Below are positions 35,085 through 48,079 of a stretch of DNA of 64,000 nt, piece by piece (position 1 is the first letter of the stretch; each line of letters starts with the position of its first letter). Position numbers and translations under genes: made by a program. Under the pieces are notes generated by a model, which searched no databases, was not told the DNA's origin, and saw only the letters and a program-made list of their open reading frames with translations. This DNA comes from Mobula hypostoma (taxonomy: Eukaryota), in NCBI RefSeq assembly GCF_963921235.1, contig NC_086100.1:204230001-204294000 (forward strand). The letters run 5' to 3'.

Positions 35085-36030
35085 AGAGACAGTAAGTACC
35101 TGAAACACGGGATTTGATATAGAACTGATTTATCTTTCACAGATCCACAATATTAAACACCAGTGTAGTTTAAGGCTAACATCAGCAGAACAGACTCCTC
35201 CAATGCTCAGTGACCAGGGTTCAGTCCTGGGTGCGATCAGCAGCCACAAGAACTATAGAATCTGACAGTAACTATGACTGCAGCTGCCTGCAGTCGCCAT
35301 GATGGTTAAACATTTAACGCGGAGCTGATTTGAACTTCCTCCCTGATGTGAAGTTGCTGGTGTTGCAGCAGCTGGGTTGATTGAGTAAAACTCTTTACTC
35401 ACTCCGAACAGAATTGTGGCCTCTACTTATTGTGAGCTTACCGGAGCATCGCAAGGTGGGTTAACTGAATGAGTCTCTTCGCGCAGACAGAGCAGGCGAA
35501 CGGCCGCTTCCCAGTGCGAAGCTGCTGGTGTGTCTGCGATGTCGCACTGAATTCCAAAATGAGAGCCGGTAAATGACATCTCACTGCTATCAACAACACG
35601 GCAATGTATCCAGTCAAATCATGGACATGGACACGTGTTCGGGCTCTCCTTGTTGCGAGTGGGGCGCTATCTTCTCCAGCATCCCCGCCTCCACATTCAA
35701 GGATCGGCGGCATTCAAGCGCTGGTGAACTGACAGATACCGCGGATTTGAGATTCCCGTACACAAATCCTTTGCCTTTTCTGCACTGTTAAAACTTTATA
35801 AAACACGTCAGTGGCTGATGAACAGCATTTCAACATAGTTAATTTTAGTCTCCATGGTGATATCAAGATTTTTACAGCGAGACTCAACGTGATTTGAAGG
35901 AACAACCCTCATCTTCTAACTGGCCACAGTTCTGTCATTCAGGCACAATATCAAACTCTCCTTTCCTCTCTGTATCAGAATGAATCATTCCTCCCTTTCA
36001 TCAGTCTGTGACTTGGCTCAGTTTGTCTGT
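35085..36030 (-). pseudogene. Degenerate ZNF paralog (intron, acceptor, finger relics, 3' UTR)
   Basis: TGKRPFACSVCAKRLIQLTHL relic; 35090-35260 matches the ZNF 3' UTR at 2620-2775; 35790-36030 matches the intron at 760-1010. Confidence 0.78.
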
Positions 36031-36210
36031 CTCCTTCACGTTCTGAGCATGCGCCACACACCTCCTAAGATCACATTGCGTTTACGTGGCTGCTTCTAGA
36101 GACTTTCCGATTATTATGTCCATCCTGGCATTAAACTCAGAGTCGGCAATGTTATTGAATCTCAGGAGTAGGTGAAAAGGCTTTCTCGTTGCAGATTGAT
36201 AAACTGGCGG

Positions 36211-36212
<2 letters not shown>

Positions 36213-36268
<56 letters not shown>
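36213..36268. repeat. (GT)n microsatellite
   Basis: Direct reading. Confidence 0.95.
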
Positions 36269-36269
<1 letters not shown>

Positions 36270-37014
36270 GTCACGTGACCGGCAACAATGACTATGAATT
36301 GAGTCAGGTTTTATAAAAACAAACACACATTTATTAAACTCTGCTCAACAGCAGCGAAAAATATTCAAACGACTAATTTAACCGGAAGTTAACTGCTATA
36401 CGGCAACTCTGGAACAGTTCTTAAAAAGAGTGAATGCGAAAACAGTTCTTAAAGTGCTAAATTCGAACTCAGTTCTTAAAATGGTAAATTCGAAAGTCCA
36501 AGAGATTTATACAGTCAATTAGGAGAGACTTCCCTGAAGTAAAGAATTCCTCGTGGACGTGACGTTACTGCTGCGGATATCTCAGTTGCAGGTCACTTTT
36601 ACTTGAACGAAGATTCAATAAAGGTCGACCCTCTCCAAAACCGCCGAACGATATCAGCTTTACTCGACTCTACGAGTTCCTGTACTTTAGAAAGGTCTTC
36701 ACTCTCCAATACTACTTAAATACAAAGTAGAACTCCACTTTAAAACGAAACTGCGTCACAAAACGAATACGCAGCATAACGGAGTACCTGACGAATTAAA
36801 TGACGAACTAAACTTAAAACTCAACTGGAAAAGCTAACTGCGTCACACCAGGGGTCTCCCTTTATACCTGGAGAGAACATGTCATCACGTGACCTCACAC
36901 TGGTGGGAAAATTACATCACCCCACCATCACAAGACCATTACCTCATGCTGATGAGATACTCAATTACATCATGGCCATAAGACAGTCACAAGACATCCA
37001 TGAGGTATGTAACA
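36269..37014 (-). mobile_element. Solo LTR, 746 bp
   Basis: TGTCAC..GTAACA termini, 4-bp TSD GTGT, TATA-like (~36861) and AATAAA (~36330) on the minus strand. Confidence 0.75.
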
Positions 37015-38123
37015 GTGTATGGACTTGACCAGATTTGTACATTGCTTAATGTCCTGGCGGAGGCAGGAAGATGTGGCATGTCCAAGTCTGCTGATGACAC
37101 AGAAACAGTGGAGTTGGAGGAGGGGAGGCAATTCGCATGCAATTTCGTAGCTTTGCAATCAGTACAAGTGCACTGTGGGGCTGCACTAGTGGGGTTCTAT
37201 TACTGGGATCAGGGCAATGTCACTGTGAGCTTACAAGGATTTTTAATTAAAGCGGCACTCTCCAATTTAGAAACTCAGGCCGCGGAGCAGGCCTATCGTT
37301 TGTATATTCACGTTGTGATTTATGGCATTCTGACAACTCGATACTATAACTCTCTACGACCACTCGATCCAGGACTTTCAATCTTCGACATCACTCGTAA
37401 ATTTGGCCACACGGCCATCAATACTGTCATCCGACGCATTGACATTGAACGTAAAAAGAAACATTGCCAACACAGACCCCTGTGGAGCAACACGAATCAC
37501 TGGCAGCCAATAGACAAGGCTCCCTTTATCCCCACCATTTCTGACAGGTAACAGGTAACAGATAACATTGTGAGATCTGTAAGAAGAGACCGTTTGCACC
37601 CGAACTGGAAGTGGACCAATACCCTACTATAATAACAACCTCATGTTTCTTGCAACATTCTGCGACTTTTCTGTAAATGTGTTCCTCTCTATCCCTCTGA
37701 TGGTTAGGTGTCTGTAGTATGGCCCCACTAACGTGGTCATAACTTTTGTATCACCATTCTACTCATAAAGCCTTCCTAGACGATTTCTCCGGTCTGTCCT
37801 CACTGACAACTGCAGTGAGATTTTCCCTGACCACAAACACCACCCATTTTCCTTTAATGGACAATAGACAATAGGTGCAGAAGTAGGCCATTCGGCCCCT
37901 CGAACCAGCACCACCAATCACTGTGATCATGGCTGATCATCCACTATCAGTATCCAGTTCCTACCTTATCTCCATAACCTTTGATTCCGCTAACCTTTAA
38001 ACCCTGCCGCTTGGTCGCATCTGGAACAACGGAACCCCGAATGTGGAGGTGAGGGTGGGGCTCAAGCGAAGGCTCATACAGTATATAGATTGTTGTGCAA
38101 TGGTGTCAGTCCCCACCCCTCCC

Positions 38124-38125
<2 letters not shown>

Positions 38126-38166
<41 letters not shown>
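38126..38166. repeat. (CA)n microsatellite
   Basis: Direct reading. Confidence 0.95.
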
Positions 38167-38169
<3 letters not shown>

Positions 38170-38189
38170 CCGTCACGTATACACACACG

Positions 38190-38745
38190 GTGCCTAAGAT
38201 GTTGTGAAGCCATTAGCTTGGAGAAGCAACACCTCACATCCCGTTTGGGTGGCCTCCAACCTGATGGGATCTGCATCGATTTCTCCAGCCTCTGGTAATT
38301 TCTGCTCGCTTCCACTTCTCTCCTTTTTCCGTTTCTCCCTTTGGATCCCCTCTTACCCTTTCTCTTCCAATCACCTGCCTAACCGAAGGCCCTCTACCTT
38401 CTCTTTCTACCATGGTCCACTCTCCAATCCTCACCTATCAGAATCCTTCTTCTTCATCAATTTTCCTTTCTCCTATAACCCCCAGCTTCTCGCTTCATCT
38501 TCCCTTCTCCACCACTGGAATTTCTCTACTCACCTGGCTTGACAAATCACTTTCCAGTTTATACTCTTCCCACCCCCCTCAACTTCTTAATCTGGCTTAT
38601 TCCGCCTTCTTTTCCAACGCTAATGAAGTTTCTCTGCTGGAAACGTCGACACTTTACCCCTCTCCAAAGATGGTCACTGTCCTGATGAGTTTGTCCAGCA
38701 TTTTGATTGTTACTCTGAATTTTCAGTATCTCCAGGATCTCTGTG
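38190..38745 (+). mobile_element. Old PLE 3' fragment
   Basis: LEKQHLTSRLGGLQPDGICIDFS plus tail with a degenerate hammerhead at ~38620-38651. Confidence 0.75.
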
Positions 38746-39109
38746 TTGGGACGTGAACGTGCACATGAAAGAGATGCATATTCACATCGCTTATATTTTC
38801 TTCAGTGGTGCTAATATAAAACATCGACAAACGTATCGGAGATAAATTAAAATCAATTAAAGAGCGGGCCAGTTACTCTGAAGTTTAATCGAGTTTCTCC
38901 GGGCGTGAGCGTGAGAGGAGTGAGGTGGGAGGTGTCTGTGGGTGAAACGCCCTCTTGATGAATCTCGTATCCCTATTGGTTGGTACCCTAGATTGACATT
39001 ATCTGATACCAATGGAAGCAAAATATCGCGCAAGTTATTTGACGAAAAGTGGCACGTTGTCTGGGAGATGACAGGAGCACGGGTTGCCAGTGCGATCCAC
39101 GGACCGCGA

Positions 39110-42100
39110 TGATTCAAGTGCAAGCGGAGCGACCATCTTTTTCATTTTGTCACGGATAAGAATGGCTTTTTCTCATCAGGCTTGGGCGAGATCAGGTTTG
39201 GGTGAGGTACATTGTCTTGTAAGTTACTCGCTCTGTGCCCTAACTTGTTCATTCCTCGTTTGTTTTGGTAGAGCAGATTAGTGCGAATGGCTCCTGGACA
39301 GTGTTCTGCACGGTGTGGGGGTTTTGAGAAGACTCCATCCTGCCAGATAAACACATCTGCGCCAGGTATACCGAGTAGCGCCTCCCGAGAGAAGGTGTTA
39401 AGGAACTGGAGCTGCGGCTCGATGGCCTCTGACTCACACGGTATAATGAGGAGGTGATAGACAGGAGCTAAAGGGGGCAGTGATCTCTAGGTTGCAGGAG
39501 ACGGGTAACTGGGTGGCTGTCAGGTGAAGGAGGGAAATGCGCAACCATTGTGTCCATTCCCTCAATAATGGAGCAGGCAGAGAGTGCAGAGCACCCGTGG
39601 CCATTCCCATCAACAATGAGTATACCGTTTTGGATACTGTTGGTGGGGATGACCTACCAGGAACAAATTGCAGTGGTCCTGTCTCTGGCACTGAGGTTGG
39701 ACCCACGACTCAGAAGGGGAGGAGGGAAGAGAGGACAGCGGTAGTGATAGGGGATTCTATAGTCAGGGGGGCAGATAGGAGATTTTGTGGGGGAGATCGG
39801 GAGTCTCGGATGGTATGTTGCCTCCCTGGTGCCGGGGTCCGGGACATCTCAGATCGGGTGCAGGTTATTCTCGACAGGAAGGGCAAGAATCCAGATGTTG
39901 TGGTCCATGTAGGGACCAACGACGTGGGTAGGAAGAGTGAGGGGGTCCTGCGTAGTGAGTTCAGGGAGTTAGGTGCGAAGCTGAAGGGCAGGACCTCCAG
40001 GGTAACAATTTCAGGATTGGTACCTGTGCCACGTGCGAGTGAGGCGAGGAACAGAAGGATTATACAGATCAATACGTGGCTGAGAGGATGATGCAGGAGG
40101 GAGGGCTTCAGGATTTTAGATAATTGGGCTTTGTTCCAGGGAAGGTGGGATCTGTTCCGACGGGACGGTTTACACCTGAACTGGAGGGGTACTAGCATTC
40201 TTGCAGGATAGTTTGCTAGTGCTGTTTGGGGGGGGGGGGGTTAAACTAAATTTGCAGGGGGCAGGGATCGAGAATGTGAGAGAGGATAGCGAGATGAAGT
40301 ATAAAGGACAGGTGGGGACTACACGGTTCCGGAATATTAAGTGTAAAGTAGAGAAAGGTGAGGCGGAACGAGTGATAAGGAGGATACATGTGCAGAGGGA
40401 TGGTCTAATGGCGCATGGAGTTAAATGTGCAGAAAGAGTAAGTAAATTTAAGAAGGACGACAAAATTCAAGGGCGTATAGCCCGGTGAGAGTTCGGGGAT
40501 CTGGGTTATGCACAATAGGCAGCGATTTAAACAGAGAGAGGAGAAATGGGTTAAAAATTCTATATCTGAATGCACGAAGTGTCAGAAATAAGGCGGATGA
40601 GCTTGAAGCTCAGGTGCGAATGGGTAACTATGATGTTCTTAGAGATGATAACGGAGACATGGCTTCAGAGGGATCAGACCTGGGAATTGAATGTACAAGG
40701 GTATACGTGCTATCGAAGGGACAGAAAGGTGGGCAGAGGGGGTGGGGTGGCCCTGTTGGTGAGGAATGAGATTCAATCCCTTGCAAAGGGGGACATAGAA
40801 TCAGGAGAAGTAGAGTCAGTGTGGATAGAACTGAGGAACAGTAAGGCAAAAAGACCCTAATAGGTGTTATCTACAGGCCCCCAAACAGTAGCCTGGATAT
40901 TGGGTGCAAGTTGAATAGGGAGTTAACAATGGCATGTGGCAAAGGAAATGTCGCAGTAGTTATGGGGGATTTCAACATGCAGGTGAACTGGGAAAATCAG
41001 GTTGATACTGGACCCCAAAATAGGGAGTTTGTAGAGTGCCTACAGGATGCATTTTTGGAGCAGCTTGTACGAGAGCCGACCAGGGATAAGGCTATTCTAG
41101 ATTTAGTGTTGTGCAATGAACAGGATTTGATAAGTGATCTTGAAGTAAAGGAGCCATTAGGAGGTAGTGACCATAATATGATAAGTTTTTATCTGCAAGT
41201 TGAGAGGGATAAGGGCAGATCAGAATTGTCAGTATTGCAGTTGAACAAAGGAGACTATGGAGCCATGAGGGAGGAGCTGGCCAAAGTTGACTGGTCGGAT
41301 AACCTAGCAGAAAAGACAGTGGAACAGCAATGGCAGGTATTCTTGGGAATAACGCACTAGGTGAAAAATCAGTTCATCGCCCGGAGAAGGAAGGATTCAA
41401 AAGGTGGAAAGTGGCCACAGTGGTTGACAAAGGAAGTCAGAGATAGCATAGCATTTAAAAAGAAGTATAACAGAGCTAAGGTGAGTGGGAAGACGGATGA
41501 TTGGGAAGTTTTTAAGGAGCAACAGAACTTAACTAAAAAGGCAATACGGGGAGGAAAAATGAGGTATGAACGCAAGCTAGCTAGGAATATCAAGGAGGAT
41601 AGAAAAGGTTTTTTTTTAGGTATGTGAAGAGAAGGAAGATAGTTAAGAACAATTTTGGACCCTCGAAGAATGAATTGGGAGAAATTGTTATGGGAAACAG
41701 AGAAATGGCAGACGAATTTAATAAGTACTTTGGATCTGTCTTCCCTAGGGAAGACACAAGCAATCTCCCAGATGTATGGATGGGCCAAAGACATAGGGTA
41801 ACAGAGGAACTGAAACAGATTGACATTAGGAAGGAAACGGTGATGAGTAGACTGATGGGACTGAAGGCTAACAATCCCCAGGTCCAGATGGTCTCATCCT
41901 AGGGTACTAAAGGAGGTGGCTCTGGAAATTGCAGATGCATTGGTGATCATTCTCCAATGTTCCTTAGATTCAGGATCAGTTCCTGAGGATTGGCGAATGG
42001 CTAATGTTATCCCACGTTTTAAGAAAGGAGGGAGGGAGAAAACAGAGACCTATCGCCCTGTTAGCCTAACATCAGTAGTGGGGAAGATGCTAGAGTCCAT

Positions 42101-43830
42101 TACTAAAGATGAAATAGCGGCATTTCATGATAGCAGTGATAGGATTGGGCCGAGACAGCATGGATTTACTAAGGGCAAATCATGCTTGACTAATCTATTG
42201 GAGTTTTTCGAGGATGTAACCAGGAAGATAGACGGGGGAGATCCAGTTGATGTGGTGTACCTTGACTTTCAGAAGGCATTTGATAAGGTACCACATAGGA
42301 GATTGGTGGGTAAAATCAGAGCTCATGGCATTGGGGGGAGGATACTGACATGGATGGAAAACTGGTTGGCAGATAGAAAGAAAGGGTAGCAGTGAATGGG
42401 TGTTTCTCGGAATGGCAGGTGGTGACTAGTGGGGTGCCACAGGGCTCGGTACTGGGACCACAGCTGTTTATCATTTACGTCAATGATTTAGAGGAAGGCA
42501 TTGTGAATAACATCAGCAAGTTTGCTGATGATACCAAGCTGGATGGCAGTGTGACATGTGATGAGGATGTTAGGAGAGTTCAAGGTGACTTGGATAGGCT
42601 GGGTGAGTGGGCAGAAACTTGGCAGATGGCGTTTAATGTAAATAAGTGTGAGGTTATTCACTTTGGGAGCAGGAACAGGAAGGCAGATTATTATCTGAAC
42701 GGTGTTGAGTTAAGTAAGGGAGAAATACAAAGAGATCTAGGAATACTTGTTCATCAGTCTCTGAAGGTGAATGAACAAGTGCAGCAGGCAGTGAAGAAGG
42801 CTAATGGAATGTTGGCCTTTATTATAAAAGGAATTGAGTAGAAGAGCAAGGAAATCCTTTTGCATTTGTACAGGGCCCTGGTGAGACCACACCTGGAGTA
42901 TTGTGTGCAGTTTTGGTCTCCAGGGTTAAGGAAGGACATCCTGGCTGTCCAGGAGGTGCAGCGTAGGTTCACTAGGTTAATTCCTGGGATGTCCGGACTG
43001 TCTTACGCAGAGAGGTTAGAGAGACTGGGCTTGTACACGCTGGAATTAAGTAGATTGAGGGGGGATCTGATTGAGACATATAAGATTATTAAGGGATTGG
43101 ACAAGATAGAGGCAGGAAATATGTTCCAGATGCTGGGAGAGTCCAGTACCAGAGGGCATGGTTTAAGAATAAGGGGTAGGTCATTTAGGACAGAGTTGAG
43201 GACGAACTTCTTCTCCCAGAGAGTTGTGGAGGTGTGGAACGCGCTGCCTCAGAAGACAGTGGAGGTCAATTCTCTGGATGCTTTCAAGAAGGCGCTAGAT
43301 AGGTATCTTATGGATAGGGGAATCAAGGGTTATGGGGACAAGGCAGGAACCGGGTATTGATAGTAGATGATCAGCCACGATCTCAGAATGGCGGTGCAGG
43401 CTCGAAGGCCCGAATGGTCTGCTTCTGCACCTATTGTCTACACAATTTTAGATACTATTCAGGGCGACGACCTACTTGGGAGGAGCCATACTGACAGGCT
43501 CCCTGGCACTGAGTCTGGTGCTGCGGCTCAGAAGAGCAGAGAGATGAAGACAATTGCAGTGTTGATAGGAGATTCCTTAGTCGGAGGAACAGAGACGATG
43601 TTGCGGGCGCGACAGAGAGATCCACGTGGTGGGTTGCTTCCTGGTGCCAGAATCAGGGTCCATGGTATTCTCCAGGGCGAGGGTGAGCAGCCCAAAGTCT
43701 TGTTGAATATTGACACCAATGACATAGGTATACAAAGTGATAAGATCCTGAAGTGAGATTTTAGGAAGCTAGTTAAAAAGCTGAGAAACGGGACGTCCAG
43801 GGTAGTAATCTCTGGATTGCTGCCTATGCG
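39110..43830 (+). mobile_element. Older CR1 5' UTR/ORF1 (39110-39569 and 43440-43830) hosting a younger CR1
   Basis: ORF1 relic ending ..SIPLNN before 39570 and resuming YTILDTIQGDDL..LIGDSLV..DTND after 43440. Confidence 0.7.
39570..43440 (+). mobile_element. Near full-length CR1: ORF1 SGNH esterase plus ORF2 APE-RT (disrupted)
   Basis: VIGDSIVRG, CLPGA, VHVGTND, DGLHLN; YLNARS, ITETWL, GDFN, SDH, FADD; CTATTGT tail. Confidence 0.92.
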
Positions 43831-43953
43831 ACATGATGGACTGATCTGGCAAATGATAGTGAGGCCTCACTTGGAGCATGTGAGAAGTTTCGTCTCCCTT
43901 ATCGTAGAAAGGATGCGCTGAAACTGGAGAGGGTTCAAAGGAAGTTCACGAAA

Positions 43954-45349
43954 CATATGACAACAAAGTTTTTGCTTCCTGAATACCTTTAGGTGTATCT
44001 TAATGAATTTTGCACTACTGATTATGAAAATCTCCCTGAATTTTCCCTATCAAGCAGCATTTTTTGAAATCACTTATAAGACCATAAGACAAAGGAGCAG
44101 AAGTCGGCCATTCGGCCCATCGAGTCTGCACCGCCAGTTTATCATGAGCTGATCCATTCTCCCATTTAATCTCACTCCCCCGCCTTTTCACCATAACCTT
44201 TGATGCCCTGGCTAATCAGATACTTATCAATCTCTGCCTTAAATTCACCTAATGACTTGGCCTTCACTGCTGCCCGTGGCAACAAATTCCATAGATTCAC
44301 CACCCTCTGATTTAAAAAATTGCTTCGCATCTCTGTTCTGAATGGGCGCCCTTCAATCCTTAAATCATGTCCTCTCGTACTAGACTCCCCCATCATGGGA
44401 AACAACTTTGCCACATCCACTCTGTCCATGGCTTTCAACATTCGAAATGTTTCTATGAGGTCTCCCCTCAGTCTTAATATGTTTATTATTTCAATTCATA
44501 ATTCAAGTCAATTAAAATGTTGCCTACAATGTAAGCTGGAATGTTTCCTATCTTGTCCGGGGATGTTTGGGCAAGCTTGGCGTGGCTACTGCATGACAGG
44601 GCAGGTTTTAGTAATAATTATCGGGTTCAGGACTGTAAGGATGCAATTTGCTATCACCAGGCACAAAATTTTCTATGAAGGATTTTGATATTTGAGACAG
44701 ATGTTTCCCAGAATAACTGATGCCAAGATTAAGGAAGGCATTTTTGTTGGTCTACAAATCAAACAGGTCATCAATGACAGACAATTTGAAGAACTTCTAG
44801 TGGGACCGGAGAAAATCACATGGAAGGCATTCAAGGAAGTTGTTGAAATATTTCTCAGCATCTACAGAGCACCAAACTACATGCAGCTGGTTGAAAGCAT
44901 GCTTCAAGCATATAAAGCCATGAAATGCAACATGTCACTAAAGATTCATTTTCTGCATTCTCATTTAGACTTTTTCCCTGCAAATTTTGGTGCTGATAGT
45001 GAAAGGTTTCACCAGGACATTTCATTCATGGAGAAAAGATACCAGTGCAACTGGAATCCATCAATGCTGGAGAGTTATTGTTGGACCTTAATTAAGTGAG
45101 AAGCCTCAGACAGTGAGTGCAAATGAAAATCATTAACAAAATATTTTTAACTTAGTTGAACTATTGCAAAGCATCATCGCCATTATGCAATTAAATACAT
45201 CATATTCAATAAAAGTTAATTTGCTGTTTCTCCAAATTCCTAAGTGATACAAGTAGTCTAAAATTATATTTGTGTTCATATTCAAGCAGTCAATCATAAA
45301 CAAAAAAAATTCTGAGGAAGCAACACTTCAAAAAAATTGTTGTCCAGTG
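43954..45349 (+). mobile_element. Chapaev3-like DNA transposon, internally deleted, with a nested CR1 fragment (~44076-44472, minus)
   Basis: Transposase C-terminus MSLKIHFLHSHLDFFP..ERFHQDI..MEKRYQ..YCWTL (44692-45099); right end ..GTTGTCCAGTG, decayed left end CATATGACAAC; AAA duplication on both sides within a host CR1. Confidence 0.72.
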
Positions 45350-45352
45350 AAA

Positions 45353-45825
45353 TTATTCTAGGTTTGAAAGGCTTGCCATATGAAGAGCGTTTTGTGGCTC
45401 TGGGCCTGTGTTCACTGGAATTCAGAAGAATAAGGGGTGATCTAATTGAAACCTATCGAATGGTGAAATGTCTTGATAGAGTGGATGTGGAGAGGATATT
45501 TCCTATGGTGGGAGAGTCTAAGACCAGATGACACAGACTCACAATAGAGGGTCGTCCTTTAAGAACGAAGATGAGGAGGAATTTTCTTTAGCCAGTGAGT
45601 GGTGAATTTGTCCAACTAGTTGCCACAGGTAACTGTGCAGTCCAAGTCTGTATGTATTTTTAAGGCAGAGATTTATAGATTCTTGATTGGTCAGGACATG
45701 AAGGGATATGGAGATAAGGTGGACGTTTGGCGCTGAGATGCAAAATCGATGAGCCATGAGGAAATGTCGGAACAGTCTCGATGGGCCAAATCGCCTAATT
45801 CTGTTCCTCTGTCTTATGGTCTTAA
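45353..45825 (+). mobile_element. CR1 3' fragment hosting the DNA transposon (left part ~43850-43953)
   Basis: ERVQRKFT, then GLKGLPYEER..RRIRGDLIETY after the insertion. Confidence 0.8.
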
Positions 45826-46799
45826 AACGTAGCTGAACACATCGGAACTTTCATCCCTATTCCCGCCCGCCCACTCATACTGCCACAGACTTTATATTAA
45901 GCGTTTGGGTCTTGATTATAATCAAAAACTGTGGTTCCATTGGCCATTGAGATGGTTTCCAAACATCACAAAAAAGGCAAAAAAAGAAAGACAACTGAAA
46001 ATGTATTTACCTGAAGTACAACAGTTTCTAAACAGATCAGCTATTGTTAATACAGCTCTTGCTTTTAAACCGTTACCCCACGTTTTAGAACTGATATTAA
46101 TCTTGATATAAGCTCTAGAAAATCTCAACTATGCAAACAGAAAACAAGAGGAACACGAACACAATCCCCAGCAGGCGAGATTTAGAAGAGAGGTGATAAC
46201 ATATTGATCACTGATCCAAAACACAGACAAAGGGTTCTTTGTAAATAAAGATAAAAAATACATATCAGAAAATGAATTATTCACATCTTAATTCCACAGG
46301 GATATACTGAGTGGGTGGGTGCTTTGAATATGTTTCTTTCAGCTAGTTCCGCCCACTGCCCACAAAGGGGCCCTCTCGCGGATCAGTAATAACCAGGGCA
46401 ACACTGAAAATGCTGCAGAAATGCTGCAGGACAGGCAGCATCTATGGATGGTAATAATAGGTCGACGGTTCGATCCAAGACGCTTCAGCAGTACTGGAAT
46501 GGAAAGAGAAGAGGTCAGATCATTGATTGATTTGGAAGGTACGGGTTGTTGTTCGGTGAAACTCAGAGGCCAAGGTCTGTGTGTAAGCAGCTGCCTGTCT
46601 GGTCACATTCCTGAGAACAGGGAGCCGCCTTTGGACTGAAATCAAATCGAACCGGTTCCGCAAAACATTCTCATTAGGGTGTGTGCAAAATCGCGTTAGT
46701 ATTGTATTTAACCCTTTCTGCAGCAAGGAATCTATATCTATCCGCACCTTTTTTCATTTGTAACTCAGATTACAATTTTCTGCAGTTGTTTTAAAAATA

Positions 46800-47131
46800 G
46801 AAACTATAGAAACCATAGAAAAACTACAGCACAGAAACAGGCCTTTTGGCCCTTCTTGGCAGTGCCGAACCATTTTCTGCCTAGTCCCACTGACCTGCAC
46901 ACAGACCATATCCCTCCATACACTTCCCATCCATGTATCTGTCCAATTTATTCTTAAATGTTAAAAAAGAACCCGCATTTACCACCTCGTCTGGCAGCTC
47001 GTTCCACACTTCCACCACTCTCTGTGTGAAGAAGCCCCCCCCCAACCAATGTTCCCTTTAAACTTTTCCCCCCTCACCCTTAACCCATGTCCTCTGTTTT
47101 TTTTTCTCCCCTTGCCTCAGTGGAAAAAGCC
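46800..47131 (-). mobile_element. CR1 3' end
   Basis: ATAGAAAC tail repeats and CR1 3' UTR. Confidence 0.75.
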
Positions 47132-48055
47132 TGCTTTCCGCAGGGATCGCTCCCTACGCGACTCCCTCGTCCATTCGTCCCTCCCATCCCTCCCCACTGA
47201 TCTCCCTCCTGGCACTTATCCTTGTAAGCGGAACAAGTGCTACACATGCCCTTACACTTCCTCCCTTACCACAATTCAGGGCCCCAAACAGTCCTTCCAG
47301 GTGAGGTGACACTTCACCTGTGAGTCGGCTGGGGTGATATACTGCGTCGGGTGCTCCCGATGTGGCCTTCTATATATTGGCGAGACCCGACGTAGACTGG
47401 GAGACCGCTTTGCTGAACACCTACGCTCTGTCCGCCAGAGAAAGCAGGATCTCCCAGTGGCCACACATTTTAATTCCACATCCCATTCCCATTCTGACAT
47501 GTCTATTCACGGCCTCCTCTACTGTAAAGATGAAGCCACACTCAGGTTGGAGGAACAACACCTTATATTCCGTCTGGGTAGTCTCCAACCTGATGGCATG
47601 AACATCGATTTCTCTAGCTTCCGCTAATGCCTACCTCCCCCTCGTACCCCATCTGTTATTTATTTTTATACACACATTCTTTCTCTCACTCTCTTTTTTT
47701 CTCCCTCTGTCCTTCTGACTATACCCCTCGCCCATCCTCTGGGTTCCCCCGCCCCCCTTGTCTTTCTCCCCGGACCTCCTGTCCCATGATCCTTCCATAT
47801 CCCCTTTGCCAATCACCTGTCCAGCTCTTGGCTCCATCCCTCCCGCTCCTGTCTTCTCCTATCATTTTGGATCTCCCCCTCCCCCTCCCACTTTCAAAAC
47901 TCTTACTAACTCTTCCTTCAGTTAGTCCTGACGAAGGGTCTCGGCCTGAAACGTCGACTGTACCTCTTCCTAGAGATGCTGCCTGGCCTGCTGCGTTCAC
48001 CAGCAACTTTGATGTGTGTTGCTTGAATTTTCAGCATCTGCAGAATTCCTGTTGT
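47132..48055 (+). mobile_element. PLE 3' fragment: GIY-YIG endonuclease, tail and hammerhead
   Basis: CKRNKCYTC; IYCVGCSRCGLLYIGETRRRLGDRFAEH. Confidence 0.92.
47924..47959 (+). ncRNA. Minimal type I hammerhead ribozyme motif
   Basis: AGTC-CTGACGA-AGGGTCTCGGCCT-GAAAC-GTC-GACT: conserved core, stem I, stem II and palindromic ACGT stem III. Confidence 0.8.
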
Positions 48056-48079
48056 TTTTATTTCCCACCAACGGTTTAC

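Noticed and set aside
25827..43440. Inversion of the minus-strand ZNF block by recombination between the near-identical inverted CR1 copies
   Set aside because: Both CR1s retain their own host flanks on each side (L1 ORF1 and old CR1 ORF1), so no exchange occurred between them
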